DNA of 62,615 bases, the filler included, from Stramenopiles sp. TOSAG23-2 (Eukaryota): assembly GCA_900128395.1 (NCBI GenBank). It is 11 parts of 11 records of this genome, joined end to end, with 100 filler letters (N's around TTAATTAATTAA, not from the genome) between each part and the next. Parts side by side here need not be neighbours in the genome. Positions count along the whole stretch, not along the records: positions 51,038 to 58,197 come from LT650353.1; positions 58,298 to 59,670 come from LT653055.1; positions 59,771 to 61,143 come from LT653056.1; positions 61,244 to 62,615 come from LT653057.1; 7 more parts are not named here. One strand, 5' to 3'. The notes under the pieces are model-generated. The model did no database searches. It was not told the DNA's origin and saw only the letters and a list, made by a program, of their open reading frames with translations. The position numbers and the translations under genes are program-made. Numbering within the stretch: position 1 is the stretch's first letter; each line of letters begins with the position of its first letter. Below, in pieces: positions 53,642 through 62,615 of this stretch.

Positions 53642-54148
53642 ATGAATCAATGGCCAACGTTTGATGATGATGATAGCATAAATCATACAGATGTAAAAAA
53701 AAGGAATGGGACAAAATCATCCATAAAAAATGTAATATATATACCAGATAATAATTATAAAAAAAAGAAAAATAATAATATTGAAGACATTATTGATATT
53801 GATAATAAAAAAAATAAGAAACTTAGTGAAATGGAAGATATTAGAAAGCGAAAAGAGCTCTTTAGGGAATTAAGAGGTCAAGTGCAATCGTTGGGGGCAA
53901 CACAATTTCGTGGTTGGGATAAACGTGATTGGATTAAAAAAAAAGAAAAAAGTATGGGAATGAAATCACAAAAAAATCAAAAAATTCCACGCAAAATTAT
54001 GAATGGTATAAAAAAGAAACAAAATGAAAAAATTCAACGTAGAGAAAAAGAAGCGAAAGAAGCTGATGTTGTACTTGGAAAATATAAAAAAAAACGTAAA
54101 GGTGGTCGATTTGATATGAAGAAGAAAAAAAAAGTTTCTAGAAGGTGA
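53642..54148 (+). CDS. Basic nucleolar protein, C1orf131/DUF4602 (Faf1-like) candidate
   Basis: QVQSLGATQFRGWDKRDW...MGMKSQKNQKIPRKIMNGIKKK...EKEAKEAD matches the family pattern as I remember it. Confidence 0.6.
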   Translation: MNQWPTFDDDDSINHTDVKKRNGTKSSIKNVIYIPDNNYKKKKNNNIEDIIDIDNKKNKKLSEMEDIRKRKELFRELRGQVQSLGATQFRGWDKRDWIKKKEKSMGMKSQKNQKIPRKIMNGIKKKQNEKIQRREKEAKEADVVLGKYKKKRKGGRFDMKKKKKVSRR

Positions 54149-54312
54149 AATCAGTTTTAATGTAATAAAATATTGTGATATATTCTGTATTTTTTATTTT
54201 ATATTTTTTTTTATTTTCATATCTATCATTTCGAAGAATCCAATTCTTCTTTTTTTCTCTCCATTACACGCTATATATGATATATATAAAAAATTCTCTT
54301 ATTTATATATAT

Positions 54313-56772
54313 CTACTTCTTCATTCCTGGTCTATCTTTTTCAAATGGTAATCTTGTCATTTTTTCTTCTGCTAATTTATGTTTCTCTGCTTCCAATTCA
54401 TCTAACAATGTCCATGGTATTTTTGAAGCATATGGTTGCACTTTCCGTTTTCGTGGTGGTGTCGGCGGATTTATTTCTTCATCTAATGCTTGTCTTACTT
54501 TATCCTCCGCTTCTTTCAATGCATCTTCCAATGACATTGATTCTAAATCTATATTTGCTGCAATTGCATTGCCTTCAACCGCTTGACGCAATGGACTGCC
54601 ACTTTCCACTATAGCTAATTGTTGGTTTTCTTGTTGTGCCGATGGGACTGGACCTTGTGAACCTGGTTCATCTTTTGGCATTGTAACGAAATTATGTTTT
54701 GGAAATCCATCATTTACAATCAAATCAGCATTTGCTTCCTCCATATTATCATACAGTGGTTTCAATAATGCGCCATATTGTATCATTTGATTCATAGTAG
54801 ATTGTAAATGAACAGCATCAAACACGGCGGCAAGTGAACTGTCTGTACCCATTCTACCCACTTTCTTGCCTTGGCGGCCAAGCATAATATTTGCACCACC
54901 CATGTAAAATGTATTATGTTCAGGTCCTGCCAATGCAGAATCATCCCACGGTTGACCTGGTTTCCTAGCTTTATCCGGTTTGCCAGTTTGTGTGAAAAAT
55001 TTAACTTGCCATTTTCTTTTTTGATCGGCGATTGATGTACGCTTTGCGAATGCATTCAATTGCCATTTGCGTTCTGAATCACGTTTCCATAATCCTGTTA
55101 ACTCTGCCTCTCGCCTTTCTTGACAACGTCTCATATTTTCAAATGCTACTTGGAATTCCCTCGTAACACGATCTCGCTCTTCCTCCAATTCACGAAGCTC
55201 AAATTCAGTTTTAAATATACAATCATGCTTAGTCGAAGTAACTTTATCCCTATAATCTTTCACATTTGCATCTAATGCATCCGTGAAACCTTGTCGAACA
55301 GCACGTGGAGAAACAGCTTGCCTTTCGTTTTTAAATCCCACAAAATCGTATTCAACGCCATAAACATCATCCCTGGCATGGTCTAAATCTTGCCTTGCCC
55401 GTATCAATCGATGCTCAAAATCACCTTTTTCAAAAATTTTTCGTTTCTCTTGTTCTATTTCCGTATAATATTGATCTTCCACACGGAAACGATCGACTAA
55501 ATCATTCCTATATCGTGTCTCTCTTTCCCATAATAATTTTGTACGTTTACGTCGAACAATCATACCTCGGAAACGACATTGTATTAATAACGCTGCTCTA
55601 TCATTTTGATTTCGCAACCTATGACATAATAAACGACCTAAATGCCCTCTAACTACACGTTGTATTTTAGAAACTTCACGATTTAACCATGTACGATCTG
55701 CAATTGCACGTCCAACAACACCACGCCATAAACGTTGAATTTTTGTTGCAGCAACTTGTGCTCTTGCACGCCAAAAACGTTGCCGTGCCAACCATCCACG
55801 TGCAACACGATTCATATGCGTAGCTGCAACATATTCCAATGCTTTTTGTATTTTCCATTTTTTACGTTCTAAGACACCTCGACAAATTGATTGTGTAACA
55901 ATGACAAGAAATAATTTACGTCGATACCAACGACGTACAAATTCTCTTGCAACGACACCACGGACTATTTTTTGTATACTTGTAGCTGCTTTGACTTTTA
56001 TTAAATATTCTTTCCAAAACTTCAATCTTAAATAACGTTTATATGCACGTTGTATAACAATTGCAGCAAAAGATTGTTTACGCTCTATTTCAAACAATAT
56101 TTCCATAGCTCTACTACGCACTCTAACTTCACGTTCTTTCGGTCTACGTTCTCTAATAGCACGGCGTAATTTCTTATTTTCTTTTCTATATATTGTACCA
56201 TTCATACTTTTTTTCCATGCTTTTTTATCCCATTTTTTCGGCCCTTTAATTTCACCCCTTTCTATTTCCTTTAATCTTGCAATATCGGCATCTGATAATC
56301 GTGCTGCCAATGCGGATTTCCCCATAACACGTTTAATTTCACCTTTTGTTAACGGCTTGCCTTCCCTAACCATAATACCACGACGACGTTGTTCTGCAGA
56401 CGATGGACGGTTAGGATTTTTATAAATTTTCCATAATTCATCAACTGCACCTGGTACAATATCACCACCAGGCAACGTTAAAAAATGTGACAACTCTTTC
56501 AATGCAGCTTCTTTTTCGCTATTCATTTCATGATCAAGCATACCAACAACCCACATATTATTCAATTCAGAAGTGCATTGTTGTGCAGTTTTATTTATAT
56601 CATCATGTAATTTTGGAAAAGAAACTTTACTATATGGCATATATTTCGCCGTGTCCTGATCTAAAGTTAAAGGCAAAGAAACAAAAACTGCCTTTTTTTT
56701 CTTACTCTTCCGCTTCCTATATTTTCTCGCCCCTGGTAATACCAGGTTTGGTAAGGACATGGATTGATCCAT
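54313..56772 (-). CDS. Multi-IQ-motif calmodulin-binding coiled-coil protein
   Basis: IQRAYKRY, IQKIVRG, IQRLWRG, IQRVVRG, IQCRFRG and further degenerate IQ motifs. Confidence 0.88.
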   Translation of the reverse strand: MDQSMSLPNLVLPGARKYRKRKSKKKKAVFVSLPLTLDQDTAKYMPYSKVSFPKLHDDINKTAQQCTSELNNMWVVGMLDHEMNSEKEAALKELSHFLTLPGGDIVPGAVDELWKIYKNPNRPSSAEQRRRGIMVREGKPLTKGEIKRVMGKSALAARLSDADIARLKEIERGEIKGPKKWDKKAWKKSMNGTIYRKENKKLRRAIRERRPKEREVRVRSRAMEILFEIERKQSFAAIVIQRAYKRYLRLKFWKEYLIKVKAATSIQKIVRGVVAREFVRRWYRRKLFLVIVTQSICRGVLERKKWKIQKALEYVAATHMNRVARGWLARQRFWRARAQVAATKIQRLWRGVVGRAIADRTWLNREVSKIQRVVRGHLGRLLCHRLRNQNDRAALLIQCRFRGMIVRRKRTKLLWERETRYRNDLVDRFRVEDQYYTEIEQEKRKIFEKGDFEHRLIRARQDLDHARDDVYGVEYDFVGFKNERQAVSPRAVRQGFTDALDANVKDYRDKVTSTKHDCIFKTEFELRELEEERDRVTREFQVAFENMRRCQERREAELTGLWKRDSERKWQLNAFAKRTSIADQKRKWQVKFFTQTGKPDKARKPGQPWDDSALAGPEHNTFYMGGANIMLGRQGKKVGRMGTDSSLAAVFDAVHLQSTMNQMIQYGALLKPLYDNMEEANADLIVNDGFPKHNFVTMPKDEPGSQGPVPSAQQENQQLAIVESGSPLRQAVEGNAIAANIDLESMSLEDALKEAEDKVRQALDEEINPPTPPRKRKVQPYASKIPWTLLDELEAEKHKLAEEKMTRLPFEKDRPGMKK

Positions 56773-57291
56773 TGTTCTCTCAATTTATTTATATGTATGT
56801 ATGTATTTATGTATGTATGTATGTTCTTTGTCTGTGTACTTTCTTCTGTTTATTTTAATAAATGTATTATAACGGTAACGAGTTTAAGTGATTTGGTTTT
56901 GGTTTTGTTTTATTTTAGTAGAGTTCTTAGTAGGATACAAAATCAAAAGGTGTCATACTTTTTTAAAAATATTATAAGTATGAATGTTGTATACTAATAT
57001 TCCTATTTGACCAAAAATCACATTGATAGGACTCCGTACTCCGACTCTTGAACTTTTACATCATTTGTGATTTCTGGTATAGCTGGTAGCTGGAGTAGTT
57101 TGTGTTGCTGCAACAGCAGCAATGGTGATGGTACATTTGGTTTTTAATGCATCTTCAATATTTAGTTTTATCTCATTTAACACTTCTGTTAGGTCAATTG
57201 TGAATTTGCCTGATACTGTGTATGGATATATTGAAACATATTTGCCTGCTGCTTTGTTGGCAACAACTTTACCTAAGTTGTTCCAAATTGC

Positions 57292-57549
57292 TTGCAGTTA
57301 TTTGGGATCGAATTGAAGAAAGCAAGAAATGATGTAGCAAAAAGGCTAAAGGATGCAGAGGCTGGATTGAAAAGGGAAAAAGAAACTGTTGTATCTTTGA
57401 AATTATTGTTGAAAAAAAAACAAGATCAAGTCAACATGAAAGCTAAAAAAGTTCAAGAAAAAAGCACTGAAATAGCAGGATTGAAACGTACAATATTGAA
57501 ACTGGAGAAACAAGTTGAAAACCTTCAACCTAGCTCTAGCTCTATCTAA
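57292..57549 (+). pseudogene. Coiled-coil coding fragment without a clear start
   Basis: ELKKARNDVAKRLKDAE...ILKLEKQVENL shows heptads, but there is no upstream ATG or evident acceptor. Confidence 0.3.
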
Positions 57550-58037
57550 TATGAGTAATTGAATTATAAAATATTAATTATTTGAATATTAAATCTCTAT
57601 GTCGTGTATCATATATATATTATTATAGCTATATATGTAAATGTGTAATATCTAATATGAGTAATTGGAATTATAAAATATTAATTAATAAATAAATAAT
57701 AATATGAGTATTATACGTTATCAAAATATCAGGTGGTATTTCCGTGCTAAAATAATAACGTTTACATATAAATAAAAAAATGCCGTACGGCGAGGGCCCT
57801 ACATTTGTTTTTTAAGGGGTGTGAGTTAGGATGAGGTGATTTTTTTTGTATATTTGCAGCAATCTGGCAATCTAAATCCTGGCAATGTTTGTAAAGTCAA
57901 TAAATTTAGCACAAATTTCACTAGAAATGAGTGCTAAAATCGTAAATAGCGGAAGGCTACCATTGTTGTACTATAATTCCTTTTTTATACTGTTGGTTTT
58001 AACATTTCACCCTATGTGACATTTTTCAATTTTAAGA

Positions 58038-58197
58038 CCTGCTGTATACCTACTATTTTATGGTGATTTGTGACATATAACACCTGCTGTGTACCTGGGG
58101 CAAAACGGAGAAATATCGCCTGCTGTGTACCTGGGAAAATTCGGAAAATAAAGCCTGCTGTGTACCTGGGAAATTTGGAGAAATATCGCCTGCTGTG
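58038..58197. repeat. Tandem repeat, 35-36-bp unit, running off the contig end
   Basis: cctgctgtgtacctggg...gga(g)aaata at 58083, 58119, 58154 and 58189, with a variant at 58038. Confidence 0.9.
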
Positions 58198-58297
58198 NNN
58201 NNNNNNNNNNNNNNNNNNNNNNNNNNNNNNNNNNNNNNNNNTTAATTAATTAANNNNNNNNNNNNNNNNNNNNNNNNNNNNNNNNNNNNNNNNNNNN
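58198..58297. other. Artificial contig linker
   Basis: N44-TTAATTAATTAA-N44. Confidence 0.99.
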
Positions 58298-58794
58298 GCT
58301 CCAGTATATATTAAAAAATGTTTTGATTCAATAATCATTTTAGCTAATTCTTTAACTTTTTCTTGTAAAACTGGAAGCTCATCGACGTATTCATGTGCTT
58401 TTCTTGAACTGTATCCAGGTCGTGCTTCTGCATCACATTCAGTAATCATTTTTGGAAACATCCAATTTTTATTGCCACGATGACCATGTGCTTCATAGTA
58501 TGTATTTTCAACTTGAAGGCGTTTTGTCGTTTTTGGGATTTTCGTTTTTGGAATAATTACATCAGTTGTAAATGCATGAGCTGTTGTTACTTTTGTAATA
58601 GTCGGTTTTAATATATCTTTAGTATTGGCTAAATTTTCACTTGATAGAAAATTTTGTCGTTGTTGATTTTGTGCTTGATTATTATAAGTATGTGTATCAT
58701 TTGACATTACAGTGGGGATAGTTTTAACAACTGTTGTTGTTTCTTTCAACGACGCACGTTTTTGTTTAATTTGATTTGCAAAATATGATGCCAT
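58298..58794 (-). CDS. Sirtuin (class IV, SIRT6/7-like) N-terminal part, 3' truncated
   Basis: EYVDELPVLQEKVKELAKMIIESKHFLIYTGA is the segment that precedes the sirtuin GAGIST motif. Confidence 0.8.
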
Positions 58795-58859
58795 TTAAAA
58801 ATTTTTTCGAAAGAACGTATATTACGATTTTTTACTAGTTATTTGCGTGTGTATATATT

Positions 58860-58995
58860 ATTTTTCGTTGTATAATTATGAAGTGTTACTATTTGGTTAT
58901 CTTTTTTGTTGTATAATTATGAAATGTTATTATTTGATTATCTTTATTTTTCGTTGTACAAATATGAAATGTTATTATTTGATTATCTTTTACTT
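58860..58995. repeat. Diverged tandem repeat, about 44-bp unit, 3 copies
   Basis: tttt(c/t)gttgta...tatgaa(g/a)tgtta(c/t)tatttg(g/a)ttatctt repeated. Confidence 0.75.
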
Positions 58996-59623
58996 TTCGA
59001 TCTTGTTTCTACACACTTGTTGTTTTTCCCATCTATTTATCTACATTCTACAACAAAGTCTCTAGCTAGTTATAGTAGTGTTTGTATACAAAAAGGTATA
59101 ATATTATAATAGTTTGTATAAAGCCAGAAAGCAGTGTGTGCAAAAAGCTGGGCAAAAGTAAAATATACGCACATTGAAAATAGTACAGGTACACAGTATA
59201 ATTCATAATATTAATTTTGCGGTGATTGGAAAATGACAAGTCGTATCGAAAAGTCAACAAAAAAAAACAACCACGTGCACAAGGAAAAAATTTTCTGAAC
59301 TCCTCCCCGTCTCATACTAGTATATATATTTGTATACTAAGATTCCAATTTTATTTGCTAGCACTACTAGTGTACAACTATATATACTTAATATAATGAG
59401 ACCGAAAGCAACGGCTCACCCACACCAAAACAACAACAACTTGAAGAAGAGAAGAACATTCTTCTTCTTCTTTCGAAACTGTATTCAAAAAAGAATAAAT
59501 ACATCGTTAGCTAGTTCGAAGTCGTGCTATCAATTTGAACAAGGAAGGAAATGGATACCATCCTCTGTGCACGCATTGTACGAGGTAGATAGATAAAGAC
59601 ATTTACAACGTGTGCGTGTGTGC

Positions 59624-59655
<32 letters not shown>

Positions 59656-59670
59656 GGTATGAGACTATCT

Positions 59671-59770
59671 NNNNNNNNNNNNNNNNNNNNNNNNNNNNNN
59701 NNNNNNNNNNNNNNTTAATTAATTAANNNNNNNNNNNNNNNNNNNNNNNNNNNNNNNNNNNNNNNNNNNN
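59671..59770. other. Artificial contig linker
   Basis: N44-TTAATTAATTAA-N44. Confidence 0.99.
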
Positions 59771-60855
59771 GACACTTTTTTTTTTCCCGGAGACTTTTTA
59801 AGGTCAAATCTTCAACACTCAATGTCTTGCTTCAAAATGGAACGACAATACCAGGCGTATACCATGAGCTCTACTGTGCAGGTACATAGCACTAGATACA
59901 CTAGATTATATTAGCTGTTGAATTTTGTTGTGAGAGTATTTTTAGCTGATAAGATCCAATCTTGTGAAAAACGTTATAAAAATAGAACATAAAATTATTT
60001 ATCAAGTGCACAAGTGATTGATTAAAATATCATACTATCTAAAAAGTTTCAAACCTTTGTGTATATACAACAGCGAATGTTTGAAAGGTACATATATATT
60101 TAAAAACAAAATTTTTATTAAAGAAAAATTAAAAAATGAATAATAACAAACAGGAAACGAAAATTACGGGAAAAGAAGGAAGAAAAATTAGCTCAGCAAC
60201 CAGAAGAAAAGGAAATGATGCTGAAAAAATGAAAAAAATATAGTAAATATTAATTTATGGCTAAATATAAAATCATTAATTCTGAAATAATGTTTTTAAA
60301 ATATTTGTACGTACGAAGAGTAACATACAAAAGTAATGTAAAAATGATAATATGATATATTGAATATTTTTTTATAAAATAATTCATAGCACCATATGTT
60401 CGTATATTTTTTGATTTCAATGTCTTAAATTACCAACATTCCCATTTTGGTATATCTAGAAATGTACCTGTATATCCGAACAATTTTAAAAATGATATTT
60501 TTCTGTTGACATCCAAATTAACACTATTCAGTATTGAAAAGGGATGAATTAGTACGAGCAGCCGTTATTCGCAGTATCAGCTTGTTAAGTGCTATTCACA
60601 TGCTATTCAGGCTAAAATTACTACGACAAAATCTTTTTGCTCAGATCACAGTCTTTTCTTCTTCTTCTTTTTATTATTTATTATTATACAGTATTAGTCT
60701 CTTTCAACCATGAACATTGTAATGAACGTTAGCTCTACTACCTTTCGCTAACTCACTTTCAGCCAACAAATTGGATTCAGCATTATGCAGGCTAACTAAT
60801 TGAGTTGAAATAGCTGTTCTTAATTCTAAGTCGCGTCGAGTGTGTCTCTCTCTAG

Positions 60856-61140
60856 CATTTCTCATTTCTTCCGATTCACGCTTTGATTGATGATATAATT
60901 GACTTAATTATGACTTTATTATTTATTTTATTTTTTTCCATTATACTGTTGAACATATTTCTTGCTATTGTGACACAGCTTTGGCAAGAATTTATGGAAG
61001 AAGATCTATGGGGTATGTGTGTTGATGATATTTTACGCGATCATGTAATAGAACGACATACGTTCCCACCATCGGGAAAAATATTAACGTGTAGTAGGAG
61101 AAAAAGAAAAAACGAGGGTGGTATCTGTTGTTATACTTAA
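60856..61140 (+). CDS. Exon or gene fragment encoding an ion-channel S6-like helix
   Basis: LFILFFSIILLNIFLAIVTQLW resembles the LLN.F.AI S6 motif of TRP/voltage-gated channels. An acceptor-like tctctctctag ends at 60855. Confidence 0.5.
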   Translation, partial: HFSFLPIHALIDDIIDLIMTLLFILFFSIILLNIFLAIVTQLWQEFMEEDLWGMCVDDILRDHVIERHTFPPSGKILTCSRRKRKNEGGICCYT

Positions 61141-61143
61141 AAA

Positions 61144-61243
61144 NNNNNNNNNNNNNNNNNNNNNNNNNNNNNNNNNNNNNNNNNNNNTTAATTAATTAAN
61201 NNNNNNNNNNNNNNNNNNNNNNNNNNNNNNNNNNNNNNNNNNN
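61144..61243. other. Artificial contig linker
   Basis: N44-TTAATTAATTAA-N44. Confidence 0.99.
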
Positions 61244-61329
61244 TGGAGAACAAAAGATCTTGTCTTGCGATTGAGTATTGAGCATATAATATGGCACGTT
61301 TCGCGGACTATGATACACGCCACACTGAT

Positions 61330-62615
61330 TTATTTCTTTTCGCTATCATACTGTAAACAACTATTTTTGTCATCAAATACTTCAACAAGCTGCATCATAC
61401 CAATGCCTTGGTGTGCGGTTACATGACAATGGAAGGGAAACTTCCCAACATAATCTGTTGCCTGTATGCGAAATGTTACTGTTCCTCCAACTGGCACCTG
61501 CACAGTATCACGATAATCTCCTGGGGCCAAATTTTCAATAATTAATTGTCCACTCACACCAAGTGTTTGATTTACTATTTGGAATGAATTTTGATGTATA
61601 TGAAAGCTGTGCATCCATCGATCTAATTTGTTCATTGCATTTACGATGGTCCATTCCTCCACCAAATTCTTAACCATGCAATGCTCTGTTCGATTTGTGA
61701 AACTTTTGCCATTTATTGAATATTGACCGCCATTTAGAAATTGTCCAATAAATTTTGGAATTATACTTTTTTCAACACCGTATGCTGTTAAATTATAAAT
61801 AACTCTGTAATAACGATCAACCCTTTTATCCAGGAGATTAGGCAATTGCACCTTCTGTCGATTAAAATCATGCATGTTCAATACATCAGTTGGTTTCGCT
61901 GTAATACTGTTGCTACTCTCAACAACAAGTTTTGCTAATAATTGAGGAAAGAGCACAGGCTCATACAAGGTTTTAGAACCATGTATCATATTACTATCGT
62001 GTACTCCACCTCGTAAACTTGTGAGATTAAATGTACCTACAATAGGGCACTTAATTGCAAAATCAACGCGACTTCCAGCAGTAACGACTAATGAAGCAGT
62101 AACATTTCTAGGTTGGTTTAAATATATACCATCCATTGCTAATATTTTAATATCACAATCATGGTTTAACAAATCATTAAAACCGAAGCGTATAGCAGAT
62201 TGATGTGAGGATTGTACTAATCTAAAACGTTGGAATACACCAGCTTCTAAATAAATTTCGGGTTGATAGATCCCGTTAAAAAGGATATATGTGCAATCTA
62301 AAGGCTGTGTCAATTGTGCAAAATCGAGTTTTGTGCCTGGCCAATTTTTGCCACCACAATTTGAATATCGTGGGAAATTTTTTTTGTCAAGTACTTTTTG
62401 TAAAGGTAAACGGTCTCCACTAGGCCACATGAAATTATCCATACAAAAATAACACACAATATTTTCAGTATGAAATCGTGTAGGGTTGCTATGCGATACC
62501 TCATGTATAATCAGTACTTTTTCTTCCATTTTAGGCATATTGCTACCATTCTCATCATCTTCAACAATAAATTGTACGGGAACGCCAATCAGCTGCACTT
62601 GCTGCATGTGTATAT
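61330..62615 (-). CDS. Multicopper oxidase (laccase-like), 5' truncated
   Basis: Copper motifs HSFHIHQN and FHCHVTAHQGIGMM, plus LAMDG and RDTV. The N-terminal HxH motifs lie outside the window. Confidence 0.9.
   Translation of the reverse strand, partial: IHMQQVQLIGVPVQFIVEDDENGSNMPKMEEKVLIIHEVSHSNPTRFHTENIVCYFCMDNFMWPSGDRLPLQKVLDKKNFPRYSNCGGKNWPGTKLDFAQLTQPLDCTYILFNGIYQPEIYLEAGVFQRFRLVQSSHQSAIRFGFNDLLNHDCDIKILAMDGIYLNQPRNVTASLVVTAGSRVDFAIKCPIVGTFNLTSLRGGVHDSNMIHGSKTLYEPVLFPQLLAKLVVESSNSITAKPTDVLNMHDFNRQKVQLPNLLDKRVDRYYRVIYNLTAYGVEKSIIPKFIGQFLNGGQYSINGKSFTNRTEHCMVKNLVEEWTIVNAMNKLDRWMHSFHIHQNSFQIVNQTLGVSGQLIIENLAPGDYRDTVQVPVGGTVTFRIQATDYVGKFPFHCHVTAHQGIGMMQLVEVFDDKNSCLQYDSEKK

Noticed and set aside
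58038..58197. CRISPR-like periodicity (cctgctgtgtacctggg every 35-36 bp)
   Set aside because: The intervening sequences resemble each other rather than being unique spacers, there are no cas genes, and the context is eukaryotic. It is a minisatellite.

Overview
This window is not one continuous locus. It holds 11 separate AT-rich contigs: eight of about 7.2 kb in descending length order, then three of about 1.37 kb. They are joined by artificial 100-nt linkers (N44-TTAATTAATTAA-N44). Ten contigs look like nuclear DNA of an intron-poor protist. I infer a stramenopile, possibly an uncultured heterotrophic flagellate amplified from single cells. They encode a tubby-like protein, a JmjC protein with a signal peptide, a RhoGEF, alpha-tubulin, a CBM20-TPS/TPP protein, an HMG-box protein, a probable NSL1, a saposin/Canopy-like protein, a spliced Rh ammonium transporter, LRR and IQ proteins, a TOM2A/tetraspanin-like protein, a C1orf131-like protein, a partial sirtuin and a partial multicopper oxidase. 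Several genes are broken by exact 73-176 bp tandem duplications and one contig is a perfect 7.2-kb palindrome; both are probably amplification or assembly artefacts. Five signals stand out. (1) A head-to-head pair of secreted paralogous proproteins at 37026-40395, one fused to a bacterial/phage-type M15 (Zn, HxxGxAxD...HxD) peptidoglycan-peptidase-like domain: a candidate antibacterial effector system. (2) A contig (14623-21827) that looks like large-DNA-virus sequence, with compact ORFans, a stand-alone PolB N-terminal-domain-like gene and a TATA-like motif about 30 nt upstream of start codons. (3) A 7TM gustatory-receptor-like (7TMIC) candidate. (4) A HET/TIR-like plus ankyrin protein. (5) A protein combining prokaryote-type GCxD..NYN..DDGSC repeats with an unrecognised Cys/Trp repeat. 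All homology calls come from motif recognition by eye; no searches were run.
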